64,000 nucleotides of DNA from Spirochaetota bacterium (lineage in GTDB: Bacteria > Spirochaetota > UBA4802 > UBA5550): contig OY760686.1 of NCBI GenBank assembly GCA_963663865.1, positions 1,024,001 to 1,088,000 of the forward strand, written 5' to 3'. Every line of letters starts with the position of its first letter. The first letter of the stretch is position 1. The translations under genes and the position numbers were made by a program. The notes beneath the pieces are model-generated. The model ran no database searches and was not told the origin of the DNA. It saw only the letters and a list, made by a program, of their open reading frames with translations. Of the stretch, positions 23,072-33,903 are shown in pieces.

Positions 23072-24109
23072 TTATTCACTTTGTTTAAAGCGTATGGTTG
23101 ATGAAGTGACGGAACTTACCCCGGTGTAGAGGAAAACAAATAAAGCTGCAGCCTGTACAATGAGGATTGTTTCCGGCCGCCAGAGAGCCGCTAATCCTGA
23201 TTTTAACGAGACGGCGGCGTTCGCCGGTGACGGCATTATAAACGGCATCATCAGGTAATATGGGATAATTGAGAGGCTCATTATCTGATAGGGCGATATC
23301 ATCCCTCCGCCTCTGTAGTCAGCCCTCAGAAATTCGGAAAGAAATCTCCAGAGTTGCGTAATGCACAGCGGAACAAGAAGACCGGCGGTAAAGCTTCCGG
23401 TAATAATCAGGTGCATGCCCGATATGCCGGCTGCGGTATTAATAGCAGCTGTCAGCGCCTGTATCGGGAAAAGTCTGACACCGGAGAGGCCGCTTGCGTA
23501 GCATGCCTTTCTCGTCTCCTCGGTGAAGGTGAAGCTGAATCTGGCGAGTGCCAGAGTCTTTGCTTCCCCGGTTTTGCTTAAAGGCTTCCCGTAGCAGCAT
23601 CCGAAGCTTATGCATGACAGGCGGCCGATGCCCTCTCCGAAGGCATAGGCTGAGACCAGGACCGCAAGGGCTGGTATAGTTTGAAACAGCATTGAATCGT
23701 TCCCGAAGTGTCCCAGGACTGCCTTAATAATCCACGGAGCTGTAACAAGCCCGGCAAAGGCGCCTCCCCCAATTGTGATAGTGTTCTTCCTCCGTTCTAC
23801 TATCCTGGCAATAATTTTCACTGCCGGAATGCCCGCTGCGAGGGTAAGGGCTGTTATGAGCAGTACTCTGCCATAGGTTATGCCAAGAGAGCCCATCATA
23901 AGGAATGAGTAAGCAAGCGAGAAACCTGTACCCGCGGCGATAAAAACCCCGTAAAAGGTCAGGTTGCGTCCTTCCCAGCTTCCGTCCGTGTTTTTCTTTG
24001 CCGGCACGGCGGCCAGGAACTGCCAGCGTTCTTTTGTTAGAGTTTTGAAGAGAATCGTGTACGTCACGGTGAAAAAAAGGGCGAGTCCAGTTGTTATCAA
24101 GATTGTCAT
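23072..24109 (-). CDS. Lgt (prolipoprotein diacylglyceryl transferase)-family membrane protein, divergent
   Basis: Multi-pass TM; TFYGV, GRLSCISFGCCYG and RFLSEFLRAD match Lgt motifs. Confidence 0.75.
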   Translation of the reverse strand: MTILITTGLALFFTVTYTILFKTLTKERWQFLAAVPAKKNTDGSWEGRNLTFYGVFIAAGTGFSLAYSFLMMGSLGITYGRVLLITALTLAAGIPAVKIIARIVERRKNTITIGGGAFAGLVTAPWIIKAVLGHFGNDSMLFQTIPALAVLVSAYAFGEGIGRLSCISFGCCYGKPLSKTGEAKTLALARFSFTFTEETRKACYASGLSGVRLFPIQALTAAINTAAGISGMHLIITGSFTAGLLVPLCITQLWRFLSEFLRADYRGGGMISPYQIMSLSIIPYYLMMPFIMPSPANAAVSLKSGLAALWRPETILIVQAAALFVFLYTGVSSVTSSTIRFKQSE

Positions 24110-25119
24110 TTGCTGCTCCTGCAGGGAATTGCTTTTGCTATTTCTGTTCTTACCTTAACTTCAGTTTCAATCAGGGGCTTTCCGAAAAAGCGGGAAAAAC
24201 GGCTCATCGCGAAAGGATGATTGAGGTTGTCTATGATATCTTCGGAGAATCGTATTCGTCCTTTCTGAAACAGAACAATATCCACGGAACTTCCCGGAGA
24301 GTAGTAGCTCTTGGGCTGGCCGCGCCGAATGAACATTCCGCGCAGTACTTTCTGCGGAGACGAGTATCCTGTTTCTGAGTATGCCTGTGTTATCCTGCCG
24401 ATCATCAGGGCGGCGACCTCAATCATGGCAACATGGCCGGCCTGAGAGCCGCCGGGGACATCGGTGTTGATTATGGTAATACAGCGTCTGTTTTTCGAGT
24501 AAGAGTTCTCGATAGATATTACGGCGTGTGGATTGCATGAGTTGTAGGCCCCGCCGATTTCGTAGATGTCTTCAACAATGCCAGAGACGGGCGAGTGGTT
24601 CCAGTGGTACTTTTCCGGGGTTAGTCTGAACACAGCGAAATCGCCTCCGGAAAAGGTACGTATCCAGGTGTTTTTAAAGCCGAGAAGCTCTTCAAGGTTA
24701 AAGAATTTTTCCTTTATGAAGAGAAGCGGATTGGCTGAAAGCGAACCGGCAATTAATCTCGAATCGGCCGGAGATGATATCGACGAGCATTCGAGGTTCA
24801 TAGGCCTGAGCTCATCATATTTTATTTTACGCTCGAAAATCTTCCTCATGGTATTCATTCGCCGCGGATCATCCAGACATTCTTCAAGGTCCATTCCCAT
24901 TGACTGCATCTCCCTGAGTGAGTTCCGGGCAAAAGGACCCGCCGCGATATCATAGTTGAGTATTCCGATGATGCGGGATGTGTATGAAGATGTTACCGCT
25001 CTGAATAGAAGTCCCGGCCTCTCGCGCCTGGTGTTGTAGATCATCCTTATCATACGGTCACGGTAAAGCTTTTCTGTGCGGATAGCTCCGGTTTCCCGTT
25101 CAATATACTGGTGTATCAT
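24106..25119 (-). CDS. psd: Phosphatidylserine decarboxylase-family proenzyme
   Basis: FERK, SPADSR, RLTPEKYHWNHSP, VAALMIGRI, PGSS self-cleavage-like motif near the C-terminus. Confidence 0.82.
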   Translation of the reverse strand: MIHQYIERETGAIRTEKLYRDRMIRMIYNTRRERPGLLFRAVTSSYTSRIIGILNYDIAAGPFARNSLREMQSMGMDLEECLDDPRRMNTMRKIFERKIKYDELRPMNLECSSISSPADSRLIAGSLSANPLLFIKEKFFNLEELLGFKNTWIRTFSGGDFAVFRLTPEKYHWNHSPVSGIVEDIYEIGGAYNSCNPHAVISIENSYSKNRRCITIINTDVPGGSQAGHVAMIEVAALMIGRITQAYSETGYSSPQKVLRGMFIRRGQPKSYYSPGSSVDIVLFQKGRIRFSEDIIDNLNHPFAMSRFSRFFGKPLIETEVKVRTEIAKAIPCRSSK

Positions 25120-27476
25120 TATTTAGCCTCTAACGCTTTTCTGAAAGATATTACGGCTGATGTAATTCGGATTAAATCCTGAACCTCTGATTCATCCGCC
25201 GTGCTGGCAGTGAACCTGCCAATCAGCCTCTTTGCCCCTTCGTGGAGGTTCTGATTTGAGCTTATGTTTTTAAGATCGGGCATGTAATTTCTCATGAAGC
25301 CGGGAGATGAGCACATCTCAGAGAGTTCGCCGAGAAGGATTTCACCAGCTTCATCAGTATTCCTTTTGGCGAGGTCATGCCGGTAGTAAAGCTCTGCGAC
25401 GTTGTTGAACGATGAGGCTGAAGTCTTCATTGGAGATGATTCGCCTGTCCGCTTGAGTATCCCCCTTGTGAGTTTCCACTCGGCTGAGCTTTCCTCCGGG
25501 AAAATAAGTCTCTGTTCAAGGTTGTTCACTGTGTCCCTCAGCTCTCTGTCTTCCAGGAGATCAGCGGCGTCTTCCCTTATTATCCTGACCAGGGCGAGCC
25601 TGTATTCACGGTTGTAAACCCTCAGGTAGCCGGGATAGCGGTTGCTGCTTCTGGTCTTCTGAGTGTATGATATAATTCTTCTGAGAAACTGGTTCGGCGT
25701 ATTCTTCTTAATGTAGAAGGTCGGAATTCCAATTGCTGAATCAAAGAATATCTGCCTTCTCTCACTTTCAATGATAGGGCCGTCAGGAATCATTTCAGGA
25801 GTTATAGTTCGATCCAGGACGTAGCGATAAGCGACTGAAGTGAGGATGAACTGAAGCGTTACAGCGGGGGCCATATCTCCAAGAAAACTTTCAAACTGGC
25901 TGTAATATCTGCCTTCAAATCCTGAGAATCCCATTTTTTGAAACTCCCTTAATTTGTAGAGAAGGTAGACTGACATCTCATTGTCAAAGATGCCCATTGT
26001 GGTCAGGTCTTTCTTCAGCCTGTCGACGTTTCCCATACTGCCGTCGAGGGCGGGGCTTTCGTCGGTGCTAAGAATCCAGGCGAAGTAGTCGACAAGCCTG
26101 TAATCGGACGTATAGTCTCCGCGTATTCTGAATGTCCTGGCTATAACGGAATCAAGGCCGTCAAGGCCGAATGGCGTTACGGAATACCCAAGTATTTTAA
26201 GGTTTGCCTTTTTCTTCCACCGCCTCCACATCATGCGCAGGTGTGTGAAGTCAAGTTCGTGCGGCAGAAATCCGAGCACCGACTCGGGGTGAAAATCCTC
26301 GAAGGCAAGCCTGTACGGGGCTGCCGAGAATGTGCCTACAAAGAGAGGAAGAAAGTGCTCCATAATTTTTATAACAAGGTCGCCGTTGAATTTTTCATTG
26401 GCCGGTCTGAAACCGGAACAGCTGTCGCCCATCAGGCTGTTGAGCGTTCTGCTTCCAAGGCTGACGTGGGTGCCGTTGTTTGCCAGGCTCACATTTGAAA
26501 TGTTTTTCAGATATGTCAGATGTCCGTAGGTAATCCCGGCCTCTCTGAGTTTAGAAATAGCGTTGAGGCTGCTGCGTGACAGGACCTGATGGCAAAGCCT
26601 CATGTAGTTATGCTTCTCTTCGCCTTTGTCCCAGCCCGAAAGGCAGGGGCTCATAAACAGCTCTCTGTAGAAGCTGTCCGGTATGATGTCATTGAGCCTT
26701 TTCTGTCTCTGCGGCGGGTGAGGCGCCAGGTATACCATTGCCTCCTGGCCGTGCTCCCGGAGTTTGAATCTCGTGTTAGCGAACTCTGTTAAAAGACGAG
26801 TTAGAAGATACCGGAGAGCGGTTTCCCTGGCCGGCGCTTTTCCGTATTTATTTCCGGGGGATATTGACGTGGTGTAGAAGGAAAATGTTTCCGGTGAAGA
26901 ATTGTCGTTCAGAAAGTGTTTCATCATCCATCGAACGTTACGCGGGCCTGTGCTTCCTGCTGAATCGCCGGCCGCGGCTGCCTCAGCAAACGCGAGCTTC
27001 AGAACGTAGCTTACCGGAAGCCTCAGAAAAACGGTTCCTTCCTTTTCTACAAAGAAGGTATCCGAGTCGGAGCGCCTCGGGCCTTTCCTGTCAGATTTGT
27101 CTCTGAGCAGATCGCAGCTGAGGATTTTCCTTGCGCCTGGAGAAAGACAGCTTTCAGGAAATCTGACCCAGCTGTTCTCCCATACACCTGACGAATTGCT
27201 GTTGACGAAATCATTAAGACGCCTGATGATTTTTCCGGGTGAATCGCCGCTTTTAGTCCGTCTTAAAAGGTTTCTGTAGTAGTTTGATTCAACGATGCTG
27301 CTGACCAGATCGGAATGTTCCCTGTCCGAAGCAACACATACCTGGAGCTCGTTCTCGACACCGGCAGTAGTGTCTGAGATGCTGAAAGGGCAGCTCTCCG
27401 GCGGGAAGCTTTTATTTGGATTTAACGGAATAATTCTTTGAACATCGCAGTTGTTCAACTGGAGCGCTTTGTTCAT
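25119..27476 (-). CDS. Large hypothetical protein, putative glutamate-cysteine ligase/glutamine-synthetase-fold amide ligase
   Basis: TAGVENELQ (ExE), NNGTHVSLG and GFEGR (ExR) occur in the order seen in GCS2/YbdK-type ligases. Confidence 0.55.
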   Translation of the reverse strand: MNKALQLNNCDVQRIIPLNPNKSFPPESCPFSISDTTAGVENELQVCVASDREHSDLVSSIVESNYYRNLLRRTKSGDSPGKIIRRLNDFVNSNSSGVWENSWVRFPESCLSPGARKILSCDLLRDKSDRKGPRRSDSDTFFVEKEGTVFLRLPVSYVLKLAFAEAAAAGDSAGSTGPRNVRWMMKHFLNDNSSPETFSFYTTSISPGNKYGKAPARETALRYLLTRLLTEFANTRFKLREHGQEAMVYLAPHPPQRQKRLNDIIPDSFYRELFMSPCLSGWDKGEEKHNYMRLCHQVLSRSSLNAISKLREAGITYGHLTYLKNISNVSLANNGTHVSLGSRTLNSLMGDSCSGFRPANEKFNGDLVIKIMEHFLPLFVGTFSAAPYRLAFEDFHPESVLGFLPHELDFTHLRMMWRRWKKKANLKILGYSVTPFGLDGLDSVIARTFRIRGDYTSDYRLVDYFAWILSTDESPALDGSMGNVDRLKKDLTTMGIFDNEMSVYLLYKLREFQKMGFSGFEGRYYSQFESFLGDMAPAVTLQFILTSVAYRYVLDRTITPEMIPDGPIIESERRQIFFDSAIGIPTFYIKKNTPNQFLRRIISYTQKTRSSNRYPGYLRVYNREYRLALVRIIREDAADLLEDRELRDTVNNLEQRLIFPEESSAEWKLTRGILKRTGESSPMKTSASSFNNVAELYYRHDLAKRNTDEAGEILLGELSEMCSSPGFMRNYMPDLKNISSNQNLHEGAKRLIGRFTASTADESEVQDLIRITSAVISFRKALEAK

Positions 27477-27806
27477 ACCTGTGTATTATCTCCCATCTGT
27501 TTTTTTAAGCATATATTATTTTTACATATAAAGTGTTGGCGGAATATAAGGAATTTGTCTGGATTATGTTAAAGGTTACAGGTTTCAGGGTTTGATATTG
27601 TGAAAGTATTTTGTGTGGGCATTTTTAGAAAATTGCTGCCGAAACAGTTTTGAAGCGGAAAGATGAATTCAGAGTGTTCTTCCGGCAGGGGGAGGGTCAA
27701 GATTGTTTTTGAGGTTTTAACAGCTGAAAAATGATGTAAAATTCTTGCCCTTGGCAAACCTGAATTTAGAGTTATCCGTAGTCATTTTATATATAAGGGA
27801 AAACCA

Positions 27807-28256
27807 ATGAATCTTAGAATTAGAAAGGCAAAAGCCAATGATATATCTCACCTCTGCTCATTGCTTGCAATACTTCTTGATCAGGAAGCGGAATTCAAGC
27901 CGGACAGAGAACTTCAGGAAAGGGGTTTTAAACTGCTTCTTGCAAATCCGGAGAAAGGATTTGCCGTTATTACGGAACTTGATGGTGAAGCGGTTGCTAT
28001 GTGCACCGTCCTTATGACTATAAGTACGGCTCTGGGAGGCCCTGCAGCTGTGCTTGAGGATGTTGTCGTAAGACCGGAACATCGCGGGAAGGGAATCGGC
28101 TCAGCGATGATAAATGAGGTTAAGCGAATGATCGAAGAGGCCGGCTGTCTCAGGATAAGCCTTCTGACAGACAACGACAACGCCCGCGGTCAGAAGTTTT
28201 ACTCATCACACGGATTCACATCATCCCCCATGATTCCGATGCGTCTGATTCTGTAA
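27807..28256 (+). CDS. GNAT acetyltransferase
   Basis: VVRPEHRGKGIGS, N..GQKFY..HGF. Confidence 0.9.
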   Translation: MNLRIRKAKANDISHLCSLLAILLDQEAEFKPDRELQERGFKLLLANPEKGFAVITELDGEAVAMCTVLMTISTALGGPAAVLEDVVVRPEHRGKGIGSAMINEVKRMIEEAGCLRISLLTDNDNARGQKFYSSHGFTSSPMIPMRLIL

Positions 28257-28306
28257 GGCAGACAGATCCATGAAAAGCCTGGTTGCCGGCAATCCCTGCT
28301 GATGGC

Positions 28307-28480
28307 TCAGGAGCAGTTCTCTTCATCATCGGCCAGTGTGTCCGGGTCTTTCAGCTTTGATTCAATGAAGTCAATGCGCCGCTCTATTTTTCTTGAGACG
28401 GCCATTATTACGAAGCTGTTCAGACAGAGGCACAGAACAGCGACCGTGAAAAGAAGATTTGAAACTGCTTCAGAGCTCAT
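28307..28480 (-). CDS. Small single-TM protein (57 aa)
   Basis: MSSEAVSNLLFTVAVLCLCLNSFVIMAVSRKIERRIDFIESKLKDPDTLADDEENCS; purine-rich RBS; below the ORF-track length cutoff. Confidence 0.55.
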   Translation of the reverse strand: MSSEAVSNLLFTVAVLCLCLNSFVIMAVSRKIERRIDFIESKLKDPDTLADDEENCS

Positions 28481-28860
28481 GCTTCCCCCCTTAAAAGAAA
28501 AGTAATTTTATATAGAAATTACTCCAGAAATAAAACGCGAAAAAGCTCTACAATAGATTCCGGCAGTTGAGGGAAAAGCAGCCTGCCGTGTAAAGAAAAT
28601 ATGCTTATTAACGGCTAATCCTTTAAACCCATGATTGATCATGTCAATAACAATTCATCTTGCAGTCTGCAAATGTTTTCCGGGTGATTCCCGTTGCGCC
28701 TGACCCAAATGGAGATTTGTATTGATAATATCTGCAGGGATGTTAAAATTATGGAGGTATCAATGTGAATCTGTGAAGAAGTATTCTGACAGCAAGGCTT
28801 AAAAATTATCTCTGACTTAAATATTATATTAAGCCGGCCGCATGATGTGACGATACTAAC

Positions 28861-30093
28861 ATGATGGGGATACATATGCCCGGGAGGACTGTCATGCATC
28901 GAAGAACTCTTTCTGTAGCGCTTGCCTGTGTCTTTATTTTTTCTACTATAAATATGCTGAACGCGGCTGTTCTCAAATGGGATATCCCGCTTAATAAACG
29001 TCTTGAAATGACACGCACAGCCAGGGTCAATTACTACGAGAATGACCGAATCAGACGTGTCTATGAGGAGAGAAACATAATAGATCTGACCTGTTTTTCA
29101 AGGGATGGGGACGTCAATCATGTTAAGGGCGTATTCTCCGTTTTTCATCGCGAATCCGGGCAAAGCGTTTTCAAGCTGAGGGAACAGTACATGTCGGATT
29201 TTAGCGTGTCCGCAAAAGGGCGCTTTGATGTCAGGAAGGGAATCTACATGCCTAACCTGAGGAACATCCCCACCTTTCCCGATTTCGAAGTTGGGCAGGG
29301 TTCAACCTGGAGTGCGGAAGGCCAGCTTGTGATAAACGACTTCTCGCGGCCCTTTATGCTTTCATTTCCAGTTAACTACAGGCTTGAGGAGATAAAGAAG
29401 CTCAACGGAAGCGAGATAGCCGTAATCAAGTACAGCTACGAGATAAATAATACCCTGCTCAATTCGGGCTATCCGTCCGATTTCCCTGTAAAAATTTCGG
29501 CGTCAAACAGCGGGTTGATAAACTGGGATATTACCCAGAGTTCTCCCGTCAGCATAAATGATTTTTACAATATGACTCTTGTAATGCGCGCCGGCACCGG
29601 ATTCGGGACAATGAGCTTCCGCATGAAAATCGACACGGCAAACGAAATCTACAGCCCCGTTCCGGAGAAGGAGAAGGAGCAGGCGAAGGCGGAGATCGAG
29701 AAGGCACTCCCTGAGAACAGCGGCATTGATGTAGGCCTTGATGAGCGGGGAATTGTTCTCCGGATGGGGGAGGTCCTGTTCGATTTCGATTCAGCCGGGC
29801 TGCGCGAAGACACAATGCAGACTCTTTCAAAGGTTCTTCCGGTCATAAAGAAAAAATACCCTGACAGAGAGATAATCGTAGAAGGACATACCGACAATAC
29901 CGGGGCAAAAGAATACAATTACAAGCTTTCACTTGAACGGGCTAACTCTGTTGCCGGATATCTCAGGAACGGGTTGGGGCACGACAAGTTCTCTTACAGG
30001 GGATTCGGGCCGGACCGCCCGATATCGGACAACTCCACCAGAGAGGGCAGGGGGAAGAACAGGCGCGTTGAAATAATTATTAAACTTAAGTAA
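28861..30093 (+). CDS. OmpA-family peptidoglycan-binding protein with signal peptide
   Basis: VLFDFDSA.L, VEGHTDN.G, LSLERA, NRRVEI. Confidence 0.9.
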   Translation: MMGIHMPGRTVMHRRTLSVALACVFIFSTINMLNAAVLKWDIPLNKRLEMTRTARVNYYENDRIRRVYEERNIIDLTCFSRDGDVNHVKGVFSVFHRESGQSVFKLREQYMSDFSVSAKGRFDVRKGIYMPNLRNIPTFPDFEVGQGSTWSAEGQLVINDFSRPFMLSFPVNYRLEEIKKLNGSEIAVIKYSYEINNTLLNSGYPSDFPVKISASNSGLINWDITQSSPVSINDFYNMTLVMRAGTGFGTMSFRMKIDTANEIYSPVPEKEKEQAKAEIEKALPENSGIDVGLDERGIVLRMGEVLFDFDSAGLREDTMQTLSKVLPVIKKKYPDREIIVEGHTDNTGAKEYNYKLSLERANSVAGYLRNGLGHDKFSYRGFGPDRPISDNSTREGRGKNRRVEIIIKLK

Positions 30094-30230
30094 ACCGTGT
30101 CAGTGCCGTTTTTCAGGCCTACAAAACTTAAACTTATTGACAGGCTGCCTCCGGGCTGGCAAGTCTATGAACGCTCCGTGCGTTTGTACCGCTATCGCGG
30201 GGCTTTATATACCGAAAAAAGGATTCAGCC

Positions 30231-31526
30231 ATGTTCTGGAACGAGGAAATTGAGACCATTGACCGTAAGTCTCTCGAGAAGATGCAGCTTGAAAAGCTGA
30301 GAATAGCCCTTTCAAGGGCGGCGTCGACCCCATACTACAACAAGGTTTTTAGTGATAATAGAGTCAATATCGATTCAGTGAAAAGCCTTGACCACCTGAA
30401 GGACCTGCCTTTTACAACAAAGAATGACCTGAGGCTGAGCTACCCGGACGGCATGCTGGCCGTTCCGCGTTCTGAGATAATCAGAATGCACGCGTCATCG
30501 GGTACTACCGGAAAGTCCACGGTGATTTTTTACACAGCCGAAGATATTAAGGGATGGGCTGGACTTGCCGCAAGAAGCATGATGGCTACCGGAACGACCA
30601 GAGATGATGTCTTTCAGAACATGATGGGCTATGGTCTTTTTACCGGCGGCCTGGGCATGCATTACGGAGGCGAAACCCTCGGGTGCATGGTGATTCCATC
30701 ATCCACAGGAAATACGCTGAAGCAGATTCAGCTGATGCAGGACTTCAATACCACAGTCATCCACATTACTCCGAGTTACGCGCTGCACCTTGCCGACGCA
30801 GTCAGGGAGCATGGGCTTAACCCGGCTGACCTTTCGGTCAAGAAGGCATATCTTGGAGCGGAGCCTTACTCGGACGGTGTCCGAAAGAAGATTGAAGAGC
30901 AGTGGGGTCTCGACGCCTATAACTCATACGGCATGTCGGAGCTGAACGGTCCTGCTGTAGCCTTTGAGTGCGAGCAGAAGTGCGGAATGCACATATGGGA
31001 AGATTTCTATATTGTTGAGGTAATAAATCCCGATACGCTTGAGGTATTACCCGATGGAGAAGAGGGGGAGCTGGTTGTAACTCATGTCGGCCGGGAGGCA
31101 ATGCCGCTCATAAGGTACAGGACGCGGGACTTGACGAGAATAATTCCCGGGCAATGTGCCTGCGGAAGGACTCACCGCAGAGTCGACCGAATGAAGGGCC
31201 GCACTGACGACATGCTCATAGTCGGCGGGGTTAACGTTTTCCCGTCTCAGATTGAAACAGTATTGATGAAGATTCCCGAAGTGGGAAATAACTATCAGAT
31301 AGTCCTCACCCGCGAGGAGAACCTCGACAGGCTCACAGTGAAGGTTGAACTCTATTCCAAGATGTTTCATGGAGAGCTGAAGGAGCTTGCAAAGCTTAAG
31401 AGCAGGATCGTTGATGAAATGCGTTCACTGATAACCGTCAACGCTCGAATTGAACTGCTGGAGCCGGGTTCGCTTCCGCCGAGTACGGGAAAGGCTGTCA
31501 GGGTAATAGACAGCAGGGAAATATAG
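30231..31526 (+). CDS. paaK: Phenylacetate-CoA ligase family
   Basis: HASSGTTGK, YGLFTGGLG, YGMSE, RYRTRD, GRTDDM. Confidence 0.9.
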   Translation: MFWNEEIETIDRKSLEKMQLEKLRIALSRAASTPYYNKVFSDNRVNIDSVKSLDHLKDLPFTTKNDLRLSYPDGMLAVPRSEIIRMHASSGTTGKSTVIFYTAEDIKGWAGLAARSMMATGTTRDDVFQNMMGYGLFTGGLGMHYGGETLGCMVIPSSTGNTLKQIQLMQDFNTTVIHITPSYALHLADAVREHGLNPADLSVKKAYLGAEPYSDGVRKKIEEQWGLDAYNSYGMSELNGPAVAFECEQKCGMHIWEDFYIVEVINPDTLEVLPDGEEGELVVTHVGREAMPLIRYRTRDLTRIIPGQCACGRTHRRVDRMKGRTDDMLIVGGVNVFPSQIETVLMKIPEVGNNYQIVLTREENLDRLTVKVELYSKMFHGELKELAKLKSRIVDEMRSLITVNARIELLEPGSLPPSTGKAVRVIDSREI

Positions 31527-31551
31527 GAGATAACCGGAAGGAGGTCGCATC

Positions 31552-31980
31552 ATGCCGCAGCAGGTATCAGTCTTCGCGGAGAACAGGCCGGGTAAAATTG
31601 AAAAGATTACCGGTGTTCTTGTTCGTAACTCAATCAATATCAGGGCAATCACCATATCTGATTCGGGAGAATACGGAATAATCAAGCTGCTTCTTGACAG
31701 GCCGACTGAGGGCTGCGCCGCTCTTTGCGACAGCGGCATAACGGCGACATTGAAGGACATTGTTGCCGTGAAGATTGAAGATTCTCCCGGAGGGCTGCAT
31801 CGCGCGGCGTCTGTGCTCTCTGCCGGAAATATCAACGTTGAGGACGCTTACGGCTTTATTCTGAAGAGCAGTAATTCAGCCGCATTTGTGTTTCAGGTGG
31901 ACAATATTGCCGGAACAGAGAAGCTTCTGAGAGAGGCAGGTTTTCAGATTATTGCCGACAGCGACCTTTATCTGCTGTAG
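31552..31980 (+). CDS. Tandem ACT-domain protein (typical paaK neighbour)
   Basis: QVSVFAENRPG..INIRA; DSPGGL..NVEDAY. Confidence 0.88.
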   Translation: MPQQVSVFAENRPGKIEKITGVLVRNSINIRAITISDSGEYGIIKLLLDRPTEGCAALCDSGITATLKDIVAVKIEDSPGGLHRAASVLSAGNINVEDAYGFILKSSNSAAFVFQVDNIAGTEKLLREAGFQIIADSDLYLL

Positions 31981-32295
31981 GGCACGGTGCGATTGCCGGT
32001 TTTTTCTCAAGTTCCTTGACAACATTGCCGCAAGGAAAAACAATGGAGATATAACCAGTATTTGATTAAAAATTAATCTGTTGCATATAGCAGACCGCAG
32101 GGCCGTAAAAATCAGCCTGTTTGTACGCTGCGGCTGCAGCCCTGATTCACGGGGCTTAGATTCGGGCAACCGGGGCCTCGTTGGGGCTCAAGTGAAAATG
32201 CAGGAGGAGTTGATCTTTAGCCGCGAAGGCTTTATCCGCCCATAACTTATTGCTGTTCCTGTGTCTTTGCTCCAGAAAAAAACGGAGAAGACAGA

Positions 32296-33741
32296 ATGAG
32301 TTTTATTGATTACATCATCTTCGGTTTCTACATGCTTGTGCTGCTGTATGTGGGAATCCACTTTTACCGCAAGAACAATCACCGTGAGGACTACTATGTC
32401 GGCAACCGCAGCATGAGCGCCGGCCATGTCGGTCTGTCCATCGTTGCCACCGATGTCGGAGGCGGGTTCAGTATCGGCCTCGGAGGAGTAGGGTTTCTGA
32501 TGGGGCTTTCAGGGTCATGGCTGCTTTTTACCGGGCTGATCGGGGCCTGGTTCTCCGCTGTGTTCATTATCCCCCGAATCAAAAAGATCGACTCAAAACA
32601 CAGCATGCTTACATACCCGGACTTTCTGCGATTCCGATACGGAGACAGGGTTGCTCTTGTCGCGGCGGTAATAAGCGGTATCGGATATCTCGGCTTCACA
32701 TCGGCGCAGATGCTTGCCGGGGCCAAGTTAGCATCAGCTACAATCTTCAGAAACCCGCCAATGGGGATGGATCCGGTGCAGTTCTCGCTCATTGTTATAG
32801 CGGTAATCACTGTTACCTATACCGTTTTCGGCGGCCTCAAGGCAGTCATTTACACCGACAGCATTCAGTGGGCCGTTCTTCTTGTCGGGCTTATCGCGGT
32901 TACAATACCCGTCACAGTTTATTCGATAGGCGGGTTAGGCTCCCTGAAGGCCTCATTGCCGTCCGAGTTTTTCACCCTTACCAATATATCGCCGGTAAAG
33001 TTCGTCAACTGGCTCGTCACTATCGTCCCTATCTGGATTATCGGAATGACAATATACCAGAGGATGTTCGCGTGTAAAACCGTTGAGGAGGCAAAGAAGG
33101 CATGGTATATCGCCGGTATATTTGAATACCCTGTCATGGCGTTTACCGGAGTATTTCTCGGAATGTGCGCGCGTGTTGTTTTCCCCGAGTCAGACCCCGA
33201 GATGGCAATGCCGCGCCTGATCGCGGAGGTTCTGCCGGTAGGGGTAACGGGCATAGTGATTGCCGCCTATTTTTCCGCCATTATGTCAACGGCAGACAGC
33301 TGCCTGATGGCTTCGTCGGGAAACGTTGTCAATGATGTAATGAGGCGCTACCTGAGGCTGGGTGTCAGCGACAGGGGCGGCATGAGGCTTTCCATGCTTA
33401 TGACATTCGTGCTTGGCGCCCTGGCAGTGCTTCTGAGCGCCTTTTTTACCACGGTGCTTGACGCGATACTTTACGCCTATGCCTTTATGGCATCAGGGCT
33501 TTTCATTCCAACCCTCGGGGCTTATTTCTGGAAAAGATCAAGCCGCTCAGGCGCCTTTGCCGGCATGATAGCCGGCGGAGGTACTACTCTCGCACTTACA
33601 GCTCTCAAAGAGAGCTCCTGCTTTAGTGCATGCTCATATTTAACGGTGTTTGATCCCGCGGTTTATGGGGTCACAGCGTCATTGATTGCCTTCATTGCGG
33701 GTTCATTTTTGTTCCCGTTCAAAAAAAGCTCGAAATATTAG
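32296..33741 (+). CDS. Sodium:solute symporter (SSS family)
   Basis: [30 protein letters not shown]; multi-pass TM. Confidence 0.92.
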   Translation: MSFIDYIIFGFYMLVLLYVGIHFYRKNNHREDYYVGNRSMSAGHVGLSIVATDVGGGFSIGLGGVGFLMGLSGSWLLFTGLIGAWFSAVFIIPRIKKIDSKHSMLTYPDFLRFRYGDRVALVAAVISGIGYLGFTSAQMLAGAKLASATIFRNPPMGMDPVQFSLIVIAVITVTYTVFGGLKAVIYTDSIQWAVLLVGLIAVTIPVTVYSIGGLGSLKASLPSEFFTLTNISPVKFVNWLVTIVPIWIIGMTIYQRMFACKTVEEAKKAWYIAGIFEYPVMAFTGVFLGMCARVVFPESDPEMAMPRLIAEVLPVGVTGIVIAAYFSAIMSTADSCLMASSGNVVNDVMRRYLRLGVSDRGGMRLSMLMTFVLGALAVLLSAFFTTVLDAILYAYAFMASGLFIPTLGAYFWKRSSRSGAFAGMIAGGGTTLALTALKESSCFSACSYLTVFDPAVYGVTASLIAFIAGSFLFPFKKSSKY

Positions 33742-33903
33742 CCCTTTTTGGGTAAATTTAAGGTATCCCCTGCTTGCTTGCTGTTCCTGCCGTTGTTAGT
33801 ACGGGAGCTGGTTTACAGCCCCTTTATGCCGGGAATAAAATATATTGAGACCTGAGCTTCAGGTCTGAAGGAGAAAAATTATTATACACAAAAAGGAGAA
33901 CAC

